Shown: positions 36,901-48,600 of the stretch, in pieces
Layout: each line of letters starts with the position of its first letter
How positions within the stretch are numbered: the stretch's first letter is position 1
NCBI GenBank assembly: GCA_043228905.1
Contig: JBHGNT010000007.1
Span: forward strand, 14,074,001 to 14,138,000
Source: Azolla caroliniana
Lineage: Eukaryota > Plantae > Polypodiophyta
Direction of reading: 5' to 3'
DNA length: 64,000 nt
The notes under the pieces: model-generated
Told to the model about the DNA's origin: nothing
The model's input: the letters and a program-made list of their open reading frames with translations, nothing else
The model's database searches: none
Translations under genes and position numbers: made by a program

Positions 36901-37760
36901 GGTCCTCCTGGGGTGTCGTTACTGCTGCGATAGTTCGTATGCGCGCTGTAACCCCCTTCCGAATCCGATTGCAGCGCTGAAAATGCTTCGGATTCGCCGT
37001 CTCTTCCGGCCAAGGCCTGGAGAAGGGTTTCCACTTCCTGGAGGCTACTTAAGCTGCTTCCTTCGTCCGGGTAGGCGTTTTGTTGCAAACGGAGCGACTC
37101 CTCTGCCACTTTCCGGATCACTTTGGAAAATGATCGATCCGTTCGGATTTCTTCCGCTGCTTTCTGGAAAGCCTCTCGCCGCCGTCTCCGTTCAGCAATT
37201 CTTCGTGCTCTCTCCGTAACCGGGTCGTCTGTTGGCCTAGTCATCCATTCCTACCGCTGTTCATTGCGATTATGCAGGAATCGTGGTCGCCAAAAACTGT
37301 GTTATTGCTAGGGCCGAACAACAGCCTAATACAAGGTGTCCACTTAAGAAACTTTACCAAAGGGTGGTACGGCAGAATGATTTACGGCACAATGCTTAAT
37401 TAGACCTTAATTGGTTACTTAGTAATCAGTAATTAACACGCGTAAGATATAACAATGAATATAGAACAGTAATCAACACTGGAAGATTAAGACAATAAGC
37501 TTTATTAAATATCCGCGCCTGATTACATTGTAACCGAGCCTTTATATAGGTCTCCGGTGCGAAATACAAAATGGTGCCAACCGGCACCTTTACGGGATCG
37601 TTCCAGATCCGGATCGGCATACCGATTCCGGTCCGTCCATTCACATCTTCTTATATAATAATATATATATTAAGACTACTAATTACAACAGTTCCCGAAT
37701 AACTTATTCCTTTCACACTCTGGTTTGGACCTCCTTAAGCCTTCTTGTCGGCCAGTAACA

Positions 37761-38255
37761 GTCGAAGTCCACGCCCTAGGGTTAATGGTAATGATGATTA
37801 TTGATGACGAAGATAGAAATGGTGGAATAGTGAAGATGGTGGAGAGTATGATGGTGAGAGAGATTGAGATGAAGATGTTGAGAATCATTGAGAAGCATTG
37901 CGGGGTGGGGGGTGGTGCCTAGAATGGCTCCACCCCCCTCCCAAGGGGTTCAACGTTAAGGGGAGGGAAGAGAGAGAGAAAGAGATGATAAGAGAGATTT
38001 AGAGAGAAATTGATTATTGTTGTATTCATTCATTCCCCATAAGGGGTTAAATAGGTACAAAGGGGTAGATCCACAAGGGTGCAAGCCCCCTTGGCATTCA
38101 CACCTAGTCACTCATTCACACCTCTTTGTATCTACCACACTCACACTTACATTCACACTTATAATCGTATAAAATCACACAACATATCAACACATTACAT
38201 CTTTCACCCTCACTTATCACATTTATCAATCACCCGTACATCTTGTACGGTAACA
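37761..38255 (-). mobile_element. Solo LTR, family X copy 1 (terminal base at its 3' end missing, abutted by element A)
   Basis: Ends ..GTACGGTAACA followed by CAAGA; shares GAGAAGCATTGCGGGGTGGGGGTGGTGCCTAGAATGGCTCC.. core with 50930-51378. Confidence 0.75.
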
Positions 38256-39112
38256 CAAGACTCGCACATGGTTCGACGTGGTGAAGGGCTTGAAGGTTGA
38301 AGATGAATTGGAGACAACCAATTCAGACAAGACCTAGAACGAATTGGATGAAACCGATTTTGAAGAGGAGCAGAATCAATTGAAGACCAAGCAGACAAAA
38401 AAGTAGCTGAAGCTGGCGCTGAGACGGAGGAAACAATGGGTCAAGGGGCACCAGCACCGCGACAACAAGGGACCTGATAAGGGCCAAGGGAGCAGACAAG
38501 CCGATCGAGAAGGTCGAGATGCGGGGAACTAGATGTGTCATGAGAAGTAGAACCAGACCGGACGAGGAGCGCGAGCCAAGCGACAAGATGTTAGAGGGAA
38601 CCGGAGGAGAGGACAGGCTACCACAAACACTGACACTACGATCCAACCTCAAGTTGAGATTGAGGGGGAGGGTTGAGCAAACAAGCTCAACCGGATCCAG
38701 ATCGGCTGAACAAGACAGAGCCGGATCGGAGTCCGGAATGAAGAACCGGATCGGTGTGCGGATGGTATCCGTAACCAGGAGCCGGATCAAATTTTAACTG
38801 GTAGGCCGTTAGAGGCCTACAAATCTAGCCTAGTACATAAACATATTTTTAGGAGTCAATGTCAGTCGCTCGTATGAGCATTGAAGTACTTGTCAGTACT
38901 TATGTCAATCCTTTTAAGGACTTGTGTAAAAGTGCTCACTGAGCACATTGTATGTACAAAGTGTTATTATTTTGAATTAAGTTTATGTGGTTCTGATCTC
39001 TCTTTCTCTCCCATGGACTGTGTATTCTAAGCTTCCATTAAACCTGTGTTTATTCTCTGTTGCTATCCGGTGTAACCAGTTTTGTCAAAGCTTCTGCATA
39101 TTAACTTTGACA

Positions 39113-42100
39113 ACTTAGCATGTGTCAGCATGCTTACCCTCTCCATCACGGCTCGGTTCATTCGTTCGGCCAATCTATTCAGTTCCGGCATCTTCGGCAC
39201 GATAAATTCGAGCTGGATTCTTTTTTACTGGCAGTATTCCTTCAACGGGCCCTGGTACTCACCACCATTGTCAGCTCAAACTGCCTTCAGCTTCCGACCA
39301 GTTTCTCTTTCCACTCTTGCATGGAGGTCCTTGAAGACGGTCAGGACCTGATTTTTTGTCTTCAGTAGTGAAACCCATAGCTTCCAGTTGTGGTCATTTA
39401 TGAATGTCACGAAGTATTACGACCAAACATGTGACTTTTTGTCCACTTGGCATACATCGGTATGCACGAGCTCCAGCTGTTCTTTCCATTTTGTTGGTGG
39501 TCTAGTTCAGAAAGAGGTTTGGTTTTTCTTGTCGGCCAAGCCGTCAGTGCACCTCTCAAGTTGCACGTCTTTCACCTCCGGAATGAGGTTGTCCTTGGCA
39601 AGTTTACATATCCCTTTCTGGCTCATGTGACACAACCTTTTGTGCCACAGCTCACCGGTAGTGTTAGATGCCACATTTACTTCCTCCCGACATATCTGGG
39701 CATGCATCAGGTACAGTGTAATGATCTTCTAGGCTCATGCCATGATCAAGCTCCCTTTGTTGAACTTCATGACTCGGTTCCATATGTTACCCATGTAGCC
39801 TTCATCATCTAGCCGACCGGCTGATATCATGTTCAATCGAACCTCTGGAACGTGTCGGACATCCTCCAGCAGTAACTTGCACCTAGTTGACATTGTTAGC
39901 CACACATCTCCTATGCCAACAATTAGGGATGCACCTTCATTCCCCATCCTCACACAGTCGTGATCTCCGGCTTTGTAGGATGCGAAGCACTTCCTGTCGG
40001 GAATCACATGGAACGACAATCCGGAGTCGACCACCCACGTCGTTTCATCGCTAACAAGATGTAGCTCACTCTCCTCGGTGATAAGCAGTAGTTCTTCTTC
40101 ACTTGTCGCAATTTCCAATGTTCCTTTCCGATCCGAACTCCTCCGGTTCAGACCTTTCTTCGAGTCGGCATTGTCGGTTCCTTTCTCCTTCCGGAAGTAT
40201 CAACAATTATTCTGGAAGTGCCCTTAGCTTTCCACAATAGAAGCCAATAGGCCTCCCCCTTGACTTCGACCTCGTCCTTGACTTTTCCCAATTTTGGGGA
40301 CTCCGATTCCGGCCTCTTCCTCGTTGTGTGTCGGTTTCGATAAATAAAACTTTTGAGTCGAATATCACTTCCTTGTCTTTCCGACAAGCCTCTTCATCTA
40401 GCAAGCTCAACTTTACTCTTGCTAAGGATAAGTGTTTACCTTCCGGCCCGGCATTGCCCAAAGTGACAACTAACGTCTCCCAACTATCTGGGAGGGAACT
40501 AAGCAATAACAACGCGAGTAGCTCGTCGGCTAGAGGTACTTCCAATCAGGTTGTTTGATTTATAAGCCCCTGGAAGACATTCATGTGCTCCGCCATGATG
40601 GAGCCATCTTGATATCTGAGTCTCACCAATTTCGAAATACTAAGACTCGATTCATGGCATTCTTGCTCTCCAGCATAGTGCCGATTTTCTCCTAGACCAC
40701 ATGAGCCTTGCTTTCTTCGTTGAAGTTTTTGTACAAGCTCATGTCGATGAAGCACCTTATGTATGATGTTGTCTCCATATGCATCACCTCCTAGGACGTG
40801 GCATCAATCTTGTTCGGACATTTGTCTCCAAATTGTACCAGTAGCCAAATATCTTTGACCACCAACATGTTCCTCATCTTCAACTTCCGTACTGGGTAGT
40901 TGGAGTCGGTGAGCTTGAACATGCCGCCGAATGAATCTTCCATTTTCCTTTCCTTTGTGGTTTGCTCTAATACTAGCTTGATAGAAATAGTACTCAGCCA
41001 CAACCAAGTCTTAATCACTCAATGGAAGAAACAGAAATAAAATAAGGATGAATGCACTTACATAGTCACAACAAGACGACATAGGATATTAACAGGGAAA
41101 CCCTAAACGGGGAAAACCACGAGAGGTCATTGAAATCCAAATAGGATCACTATGAGGAGAGGTATTACAATGTGAGACTCTGAGGCAACGATCTCGAGCT
41201 CTGTCTTCGCCTACCTGCGGTTACAACAGAAAATGTTTTCTGTTTTTCTCTCTCTATCTCTATCTCTGTATATCACAATACAAAAACTACTCGCAATCCA
41301 TATACAACACATTTTCCCTAGTTATATTTATACTCATATAAGTAATACGGTGTCGGGGTAGTTGTGGTTCGTGCGGCGAAGTCGCAGGGACGAAGGTTAA
41401 GGGGAGTTGAAGGAACTTAAATTTTAATAAGGCTTGTATGGTGATGTTAGAAAGGTTAAGAGTAGCAAGAAGAAGAGTTACGAGTAATGTGTGTGTGTGA
41501 GAGAGATTAGAATAGATAGAAGATAGAGACAATATATGATTCAAGAAGCAAGATAGACACAAAATATGATTTAAGAAGGAAGATTGAGACAAAGTATGAA
41601 TCAATAAGCAAGAGTATTTGATATAAACATGATGTATATTAAAAAGACAATATTTTTACAATCCTTGATCGCAAACTGAACACATTCTCTACCGACCCTT
41701 GATTTGAACCCACGACCTCAACTTCGAAACGAGAGGTTCTCCACCCAATGAGCTAGTCTTCTTTACTTGATTGTATTATTTTCTCACTTTCTCTTGATTC
41801 ATTGATTCCCTTTTGTTTTCCTTTCCCCTCTTTTTATAAGTATTTCCATGCATATGGTAATGTCATGCATGAGTTACATCTGATGCATGATCGCCATTTG
41901 GCGCACATGCATTGCATGTGATGCATGATAGCCATCATGCTCATTTGAGCTCCCATGTATTGGGATAAGTATAATGATGGATATAACCCTAAAACAAATA
42001 ACCTAGCTTAGTGGTGTATGGTTTGTGCTTGATATACAAGGTTGAGGGTTCAAGTCCCTCAATTTTACTTAATACAATATTTAAGTTTATTCTTATATAG

Positions 42101-42445
42101 TGAAGCACATTCTTGATAACATTTCTAAAAACAAATAGCCTACCCTAGTGGTATATACATTGTGCTTGGTTTATAAGGTTGTGGGTTCAAGTGTTTGAAA
42201 TATTATTGAATTCAATATTTAAATTTATTTTTATATCGTGAAGCAAATCCTTCACGACAACGGGCTATTTACAAATGTGACCTCAATGGCCCCTAAGAAA
42301 CATATTCACATATATGTCTCTCTCTTCCGGTTCCATCCGGTCCGGCTTTTGGATATCCTTATGGATCCATCCAAACTGGCTTCCTCCTCTGGATCTTCCA
42401 ATCCGGCTCGACCGGTCCCCATCCCGAGGGACCGATATCTTAACA
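39113..42445 (-). mobile_element. Copia E: 5' LTR about 40979-42445 (with nested solo LTR), degenerate Met PBS, gag-PR-INT fragments
   Basis: LTR start TGTTAAGATATCGG at 42445; TAGTATTAGAGC PBS; LSSLPDSWETLVVTL; WVVDSG; LWHKRLCHMS; cut at 39113 by the C2 3' LTR. Confidence 0.85.
41351..42259 (-). mobile_element. Solo LTR carrying three tRNA-like A/B-box modules
   Basis: TGTCG...CGACA termini flanked by ACGG on both sides; host LTR sequence continuous across it; about 137-bp tandem duplication at 41990-42255; orientation inferred from composition. Confidence 0.7.
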
Positions 42446-43254
42446 GGATACCAATTGGGCCGGTGACGCATCGGATCGTTGGTCCACTTCTGGTTATATG
42501 TTTTCTCTGGGTAGCACAGTTGTTGCATGGAGCATAAAAAAGCAGCCGACAATGGCTCTATCGAGCACTGAGGCTGAGTATCGAGAAGCGCCAAGGTCAC
42601 ATCAACGAGGGAATTGAGTTGGGCCTTATGAGCAAGCAAGCTAACCAAGAAGGTCGAGGTGCACAGAACCGGATGGGTCATGGAAAGCGGAATAGGACGA
42701 GTCAAGGAGCGCGAGCAAGGCGAGAAGACGCTAGGAGGAGCCGGAGGGAAGGACCAGCAAACACTAACACCTCGATCCGACCTCAAGTTGAGCTTGAGGG
42801 GGAGTGTTGAGAGGACAAGCTCAACAGGATCCGGATCGGCTGAAAAAGCCGGAGCCAGATCGGTATCTGGAACGGAGAACCGGGTACGTATCCAAATCGG
42901 TATCCAGAACCAAGAGCTGGATCGGATTGTAACCGGTAGGCCTAACGGCCTACCGGTCCTAGCCTAATACGTAGGCATATTTCTTGGAGCTAGTGTTAGT
43001 TGCTTGTATGAGCATTGAGGTACATGTCAGTACTTCTGTTGATCCTTTTAACGACTTGTATAAAAGTGCTCACTGAGCACATTGTATGTATAGAGAGTAT
43101 TATTTTGAAATTTGAGTTTATGTTGTTATGCTCTCTCTATCTCTCCCGTATACTCTATGTGTAATTGGAGCTTTCCATTAAACCTGCACATATTATTTGT
43201 TAATATCCGGGGAAGTCCGTTTCATCTACAAGCTTCCACACACAATTCTTTACA
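42446..43254 (+). mobile_element. 3' end of a copia of the C family (RH fragment, 3' region, PPT, LTR 42805-43254)
   Basis: DTNWAGD..STSGYMF..STEAEYR; GAGGGGGAG then TGTTGAG; LTR similar to 14485-14929 and 38671-39112. Confidence 0.82.
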
Positions 43255-45089
43255 ATTTGAATCATTTTTATTGTTGTCTACTCCATCTTTGTCATGCCCT
43301 CTCATCTCATATCTACGTATACCTAATTGTTGTATTTCTAGATAATTGGCTGTGTTTTTTGTGTGTGTCGCATAAGCTTCTGCACATAATCTTTTACACA
43401 ATAGCACCAACATTAAGTGTATCTAGATCTGCTCGTAGGATCCATCTCTTTGTTAGCAAGTCCTTCCCTGCATACTTATGAACCCTATACTCTTTGACTA
43501 CCTTGTCTGACACCTGTTGTACTGCCATATCCTTCGAGGATCCAAACTTGAAACCATTGGCCTCTTTCTCAGTCAACAACAGCCATTCTACTTCCATTGG
43601 ATCCTTTTCCTCATGAAGAGCTTTTCATCTGTTATTATCTGTGATAGCTACGAGTGCAGATTCTTTCAATCATTGAATAGTGATAGCCACCATCTCATGC
43701 TGCCCTTGCAGCTCTAACTTTCCTTGCTGAGCTATTTCAATCTCCATGTCATCTTGATACTAGATAACTTCCTTCCCTTTCAATTTATCTGACAAGACGA
43801 TTTTAATAGGAAAACTCGACTAAGGTTCCTGTATAATTTTGACAAGTGGTTGACCCTCTATCAACCGAGGAAATGACTTAGATGACATTTTTGTCATTGG
43901 GGGACATGCATCAGTCTTCAAGGAGACCAACGAACCTAGATCAAGTCGTTGTTGAGGAACCTCATCATCTACCTAAACTACTGTATATTTATTTTGAAGG
44001 GGAGGAAATTCCTAAACGTTATTAGGTTGTACTTGCTAAGTTTTACTGGGCAAAGCATTTCGAGATGTTTTTCTATTCCCCACTATAGTCCATTCCTCAC
44101 ATGAGGCCTTGTACGGAACAGTGGCTATAGAGGACTTCACTATATGAGATTCATAAGTAAACTTATGACAATGTTTTGGCCAAATGGCCAAAATCGGAAC
44201 ACCGAAAACATTAATTGGGAAGACCTCAATACATGATTTTCTGAGAATAAGGAGGTTGCGTTGAGTCGAACCAATTGGGCAATAGAATGTGAGACGGCAA
44301 TACCGTAGCTTTAGAAATCAGAAGCTTAGCTGGCACCTCACCTAACATTTTGTCACCTACTTTCCATGGTTTATCATACACCTCCAATACAATACGAATC
44401 GTATCAACAATTAAAGAGGCAGAAGAGATCCATTCTTTACACAAGTTCAAGAGAACCACCATACATGTATAACGAGAATCATGGTCATGGTGTACCTGGT
44501 TTGCCGAGAAATTGTGGATCCATTTGTGAAAAGAAACCCATCCGCCCTTGACTGCGACAACTTTCTTTTCTAACAGAAATGGCACCATGTGCTCTAATTC
44601 AAACTCAAGTTGATAATTGTCGTGACTTGTGAGTAGGAGACAGAAAGAGAGAAGAAAAGATGAAGATAGAAAGTAGAGCGAGACAGAAATAAGATAGGAA
44701 ATGGAAATGAGTTTATATTATGAGAAAACAAGGTTTACAAAGAATAAGCTAAGGGCTAAAGACTGGTGTTGAACCGAATGAGTTGTGATGAATGTATGTA
44801 CACCTATTTATAGATCCTTATGGACTATTCTAGAATGTTCTAGAATGTTTTAGATATTAAGATAATAAATATAATCATGAAATATTCAAGAATGTTCTAG
44901 AATATTCCAAATATCTTGTAATAACTAAAAACATAATTATTATAGTTACATATCATATATGTTATTACAATGGTTAAAGGTTCAACATATAAAACAAGAA
45001 GTTGTGGGTTCGACTCTTGATAAGTCAAAATGTATGTCTTCATGATAGTATCCCTCCTTTTCGACAACAAGTTCCACGAGTCGGAAGAC

Positions 45090-45275
45090 AAGAGTTCAGA
45101 CTTGGTTTATGGGGATATTTTTTGTGCAATGCAGCAACCATGTCAAAGGCATTAGCAAGATGCTCAATAGGCTCCCATGTTCGATCATTAGGTGTATAAC
45201 CTAACCAATCAACCAAATAATATAGTTTGTTGTGGATGATCTTGGAGTCGAGAATGACAACAACCTCATATTCAG
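45090..45275 (-). pseudogene. Type I chromodomain at the integrase C-terminus
   Basis: EYEVVVILDSK..LYYLVDWLGYTPNDRTWEPIEHL in ORF 45040-45369. Confidence 0.9.
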
Positions 45276-45624
45276 AGCCATTGGAGGTAGGGGAGGTGTA
45301 AGACGACCCGAAAAAGAGCTTGTTGTGTAGGGATCCAAAAGTGAAACATGGAAGACCGGGTGAAGACATATATGAGGAGGAAGACCAAGGCGAAATGTCA
45401 CATCATTGATCTTACCAGAGATAACATATGGGCCGAAACGTTGATAATCCAGTTCGTAGCAAGGTCAGATGGTTTTAATGCTACCTTGTAAGAGCCATAC
45501 TCGATCGCCTACTTGAAACATAGTCGATGAATCACGTTGATGACAGTCAGCAACCTTCTTTTGAGTGTTTTGAACATCACATAAATGGTGCAAAAGTATA
45601 TCTTGAACTTCTTGGAGTCGGGTG

Positions 45625-48600
45625 TGTTAGTCTTTGGCCCATTCTTTATCCCACATAGTTGAGGGAGGTGGTTTGGGAGCTATAAATACGCTCCTCTTCC
45701 TCTTAGTTTGACATCCTCAATTTTGTATCTTCTCTCCCAATCTTAATAGAGCTGCTACTTTGGAGGATGTAGGGTTAATTGGCCGAACCTCGGTAATTCT
45801 GGTGTTGTTTAATCTTTTCTTCTTACTCTATATATTAGCTTTAATTTTGGTTATATATTGTTATGTCCACGCTTCCACAACAATTGGTATCAGAGCCAAG
45901 GTTCTGGTCGTAGCTTTGTCTGAACTTCCACATCAGAAAAGAATACTTTGGTCATTCTGAAACCTAGGGTTGTTGATAGCTATAGTACAAAATATATTGA
46001 ATACTATTTATTAAGTTTATAATGGCATCAAGAGATGAAAAAGGAAAGAATAATGTGTCAAAGATTCCACCAGGAACATCGGGCTCGTCGTCATCATGGT
46101 CAAGGTTCCTGGTGTCTAGTTCAAAACTAGCAGTAGAAATCTTTGATGGTACCGGCCATTTCGGCATGTGGCAAGGAGAGGTTTTAGATTCTCTTTTTCA
46201 GCAAGGTCTTGATATTGTCGTTGAAGAAGATAAGCCAGATGAGGTAGACGATAAAGATTGGATCATCATTAACCGATTGGCATGCGGAACAATTAGATTG
46301 TGCCTGTCCAGATAGCAGAAGTATGCTTTCAAGAATGAGACTTCTGCACAGAAATTGTGGAAGGCATTGGAGGGAAAATTTCTGAAAAAAAAGTGATCTG
46401 AATAAGCTCCTTATGAAGAAGAGGTTATTTCGGTTTGACTATAAACCAGGTACTACTATGAATGATCACATCACCATGTTTAATCAATTAGTGGCAGACC
46501 TGTTGAATTTAGATGTTAAATTTGAAAATGAGGTTCTGGCTTTGATGTTGTTATCATCTCTTCCCGATGAATTTGAACATTTAGAAACTACATTACTTCA
46601 CGAGAAAGAGTATGTGTCGTTAGATGCTGTTTGTTCTGCTTTATATAGTCATGAATTGAGAAAGCGGGATAAGATGATAACCAAAGCAACGACATCAGAA
46701 GAAGCATTGGTGGTAAGAGGTCGTCAACAAAGCCATACAAAGGGGAGAAGAGGAAGGTCCAAATCCAAAGGCCGAGGCATTGACAAAGATGAGTGTGCTT
46801 TTTGTCATGAGAAAGGGTACTAGAAGAAAGAATGTCCAAAGTTGAAGAGGAAAGGAAAACGTCCACAAGATGCAAATATTGCAGACTGTAGTGATGCAGA
46901 ATCCGATATTTCCTTAGTGGTTATGCCTTCGGTGTCAACACATCCAGATGAGTGGATTTTGGATTCAGGTTGTACCTATCATATGTCTCCTTTTCAAGAG
47001 TGGTTTTTTGAATTCCAGGAAGTCAATGGTGAGGTTGTTTACATGGGTAATGATCATCCATGTAAAACAGTTGGGATAGGTTCAATCTAAGGGCCTTGTT
47101 GTGATGATGCGAGATGGAGTTCGTAAGGCAACTTTAGGAGTATTGATGATGTTGAAAGGCATACAGAAGTACAATTTGTACTATTACCAAGGCAATACAA
47201 CGGTGGGGACAGTGACATCAACAACTTCAAGTACCAAGAAAGACATTGAAGCAACGAAGTTGTGGCATATATGCGGTTGGGACATGCTAGTGAAAAGTCT
47301 TTGCAAATTCTTGCAAAACAAGGATTGTTGAAAGGCATGAAGATATGCAAACTTGTTTTTTGTGAGCATTGTGTTCTAGGAAAACAACGAAGAGTGAAGT
47401 TTGGCACTGCAATTCATAATACCAAGGGTATTTTGGATTATGTGCACTCAGATGTGTGGGGACCTACCAAAACTCCATCCATAGGAGGTAGACATTATTT
47501 TTTAACTTTTGTTGATGATTTTTCCAGGAGAGTTTGGGTTTATACAACAAAGAACAAGAGTGATGTGCTTGAAGTTTTCCTTAAGTGGAAAGCTCAAGTT
47601 GAAAACCAAACCGGGAGAAAGATCAAGGTTCTCCAAACAGACAACGGTGGAGAATACAAGAGTGATCCATTTCTGGAAGTATGTGAAGATTGTGGCATAA
47701 ATCGACATTTCACCATTAGAAGAACACCACAACAGAATGGGGTGTCTAAACATATGAACAAGACACTTGTGGAGAAAGTTCGTTGTATGTTTTCTAATGC
47801 TAGATTAGGCAAAAACTTTTGGGCTGAGGCTGTGACGTACGCTCAACATCTCGTCAATCGTTTGCCAGCATCTGCTATAGGTGGCAAAACTCCATTAGAG
47901 GTATGGTCTGGAAAACCTGCAATTGATTATGATACTTTGCATATTCTTGGTTCTACTACATATTATCATGTGGTTGAATCAAAGTTGGATCTACGAGCAA
48001 AGAAGGCTCTTTTCATGGGTTTCAATGTTGGAGTGAAGGGATACCGTTTGTGGTGTCTTGAGGCAAAGAAAACGATTATTAATAGAGATGTTACCTTTGA
48101 TGAATCTGCCATGTTGAACAAGGTAAATCTGGAAGAACCGGATAATACTCCGATACAAGTGGAGTTTGAGCAAACAGTGGTGACTCCAAGGTGAAGCACC
48201 ACTGGTGACTCTCTTATGGTAGAAGAAGAGTCAAATGAGGAAGAGGTTCCGACCCAAGAACCTCTAGAGCAATCAGAACCAATTGCAATAAGAAGACAGA
48301 GACGAGTAATTTAGAAGCTTGCTCGTTTCACTGACATGATAGCTTATACACGTCCAGTTTGTGATGATAATGTTTCATCCACCTACCTAGAGGCCATTCG
48401 GAGCACAGAAAGTGGCAACTGGGCTAGTGCAATGGAAGAAGAGATGCAATCTCTTCAGAGAAACAAGACGTGGAAGCTGACACAACTACCGAATGGGAGA
48501 AAGGCAATTGGGTGCAAATGGGTATTTGCAAAGAAAGAAGGATTTCCGAGTAAAGAAGACATTCTCTACAAGGCAAGGTTGGTGGCTAAAGGCTTTGTTC

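Larger units (their letters stand above)
21762..37760 (-). mobile_element. Athila-like (non-chromovirus) gypsy element A; LTRs 37300-37760 (5') and 21762-22222 (3'); most of RT, RH and INT deleted
   Basis: Two 461-bp similar LTRs TGTTA..TAACA; PBS TGGCGACCAC at 37283-37292 after a 7-nt spacer; gag, PR (IIDGGS), RT start (VCVDYRKLN, FLDGFS), INT tail 25166-25447, extra 3' ORF. Confidence 0.92.
17181..39112 (+). mobile_element. Copia C2: gag-PR-INT-RT-RH pseudogene (17181-21460), long 3' region split by insertions, 3' LTR 38671-39112
   Basis: WYIDSGASN; IHSDVWGP; RSDGGKEY; QMDVKNVFLQG; LLYVDDL; STEAEY; PPT GAGGGGGAG before an LTR related to 14485-14929; CAAGA at 21757-21761 and 38256-38260 brackets the insertions. 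Confidence 0.85.

Noticed and set aside
21762-37760. Idea that TGGCACGCCC is the only real PBS and gag-pol is inverted relative to the LTRs
   Set aside because: LTR TATA and AATAAA are sense to gag-pol, and an Athila-style spaced PBS follows the 5' LTR in both A and B.
41700-42200. Functional tRNA genes
   Set aside because: Only A/B boxes and a T-arm; no acceptor or anticodon stem could be folded, so reported as tRNA-like modules.
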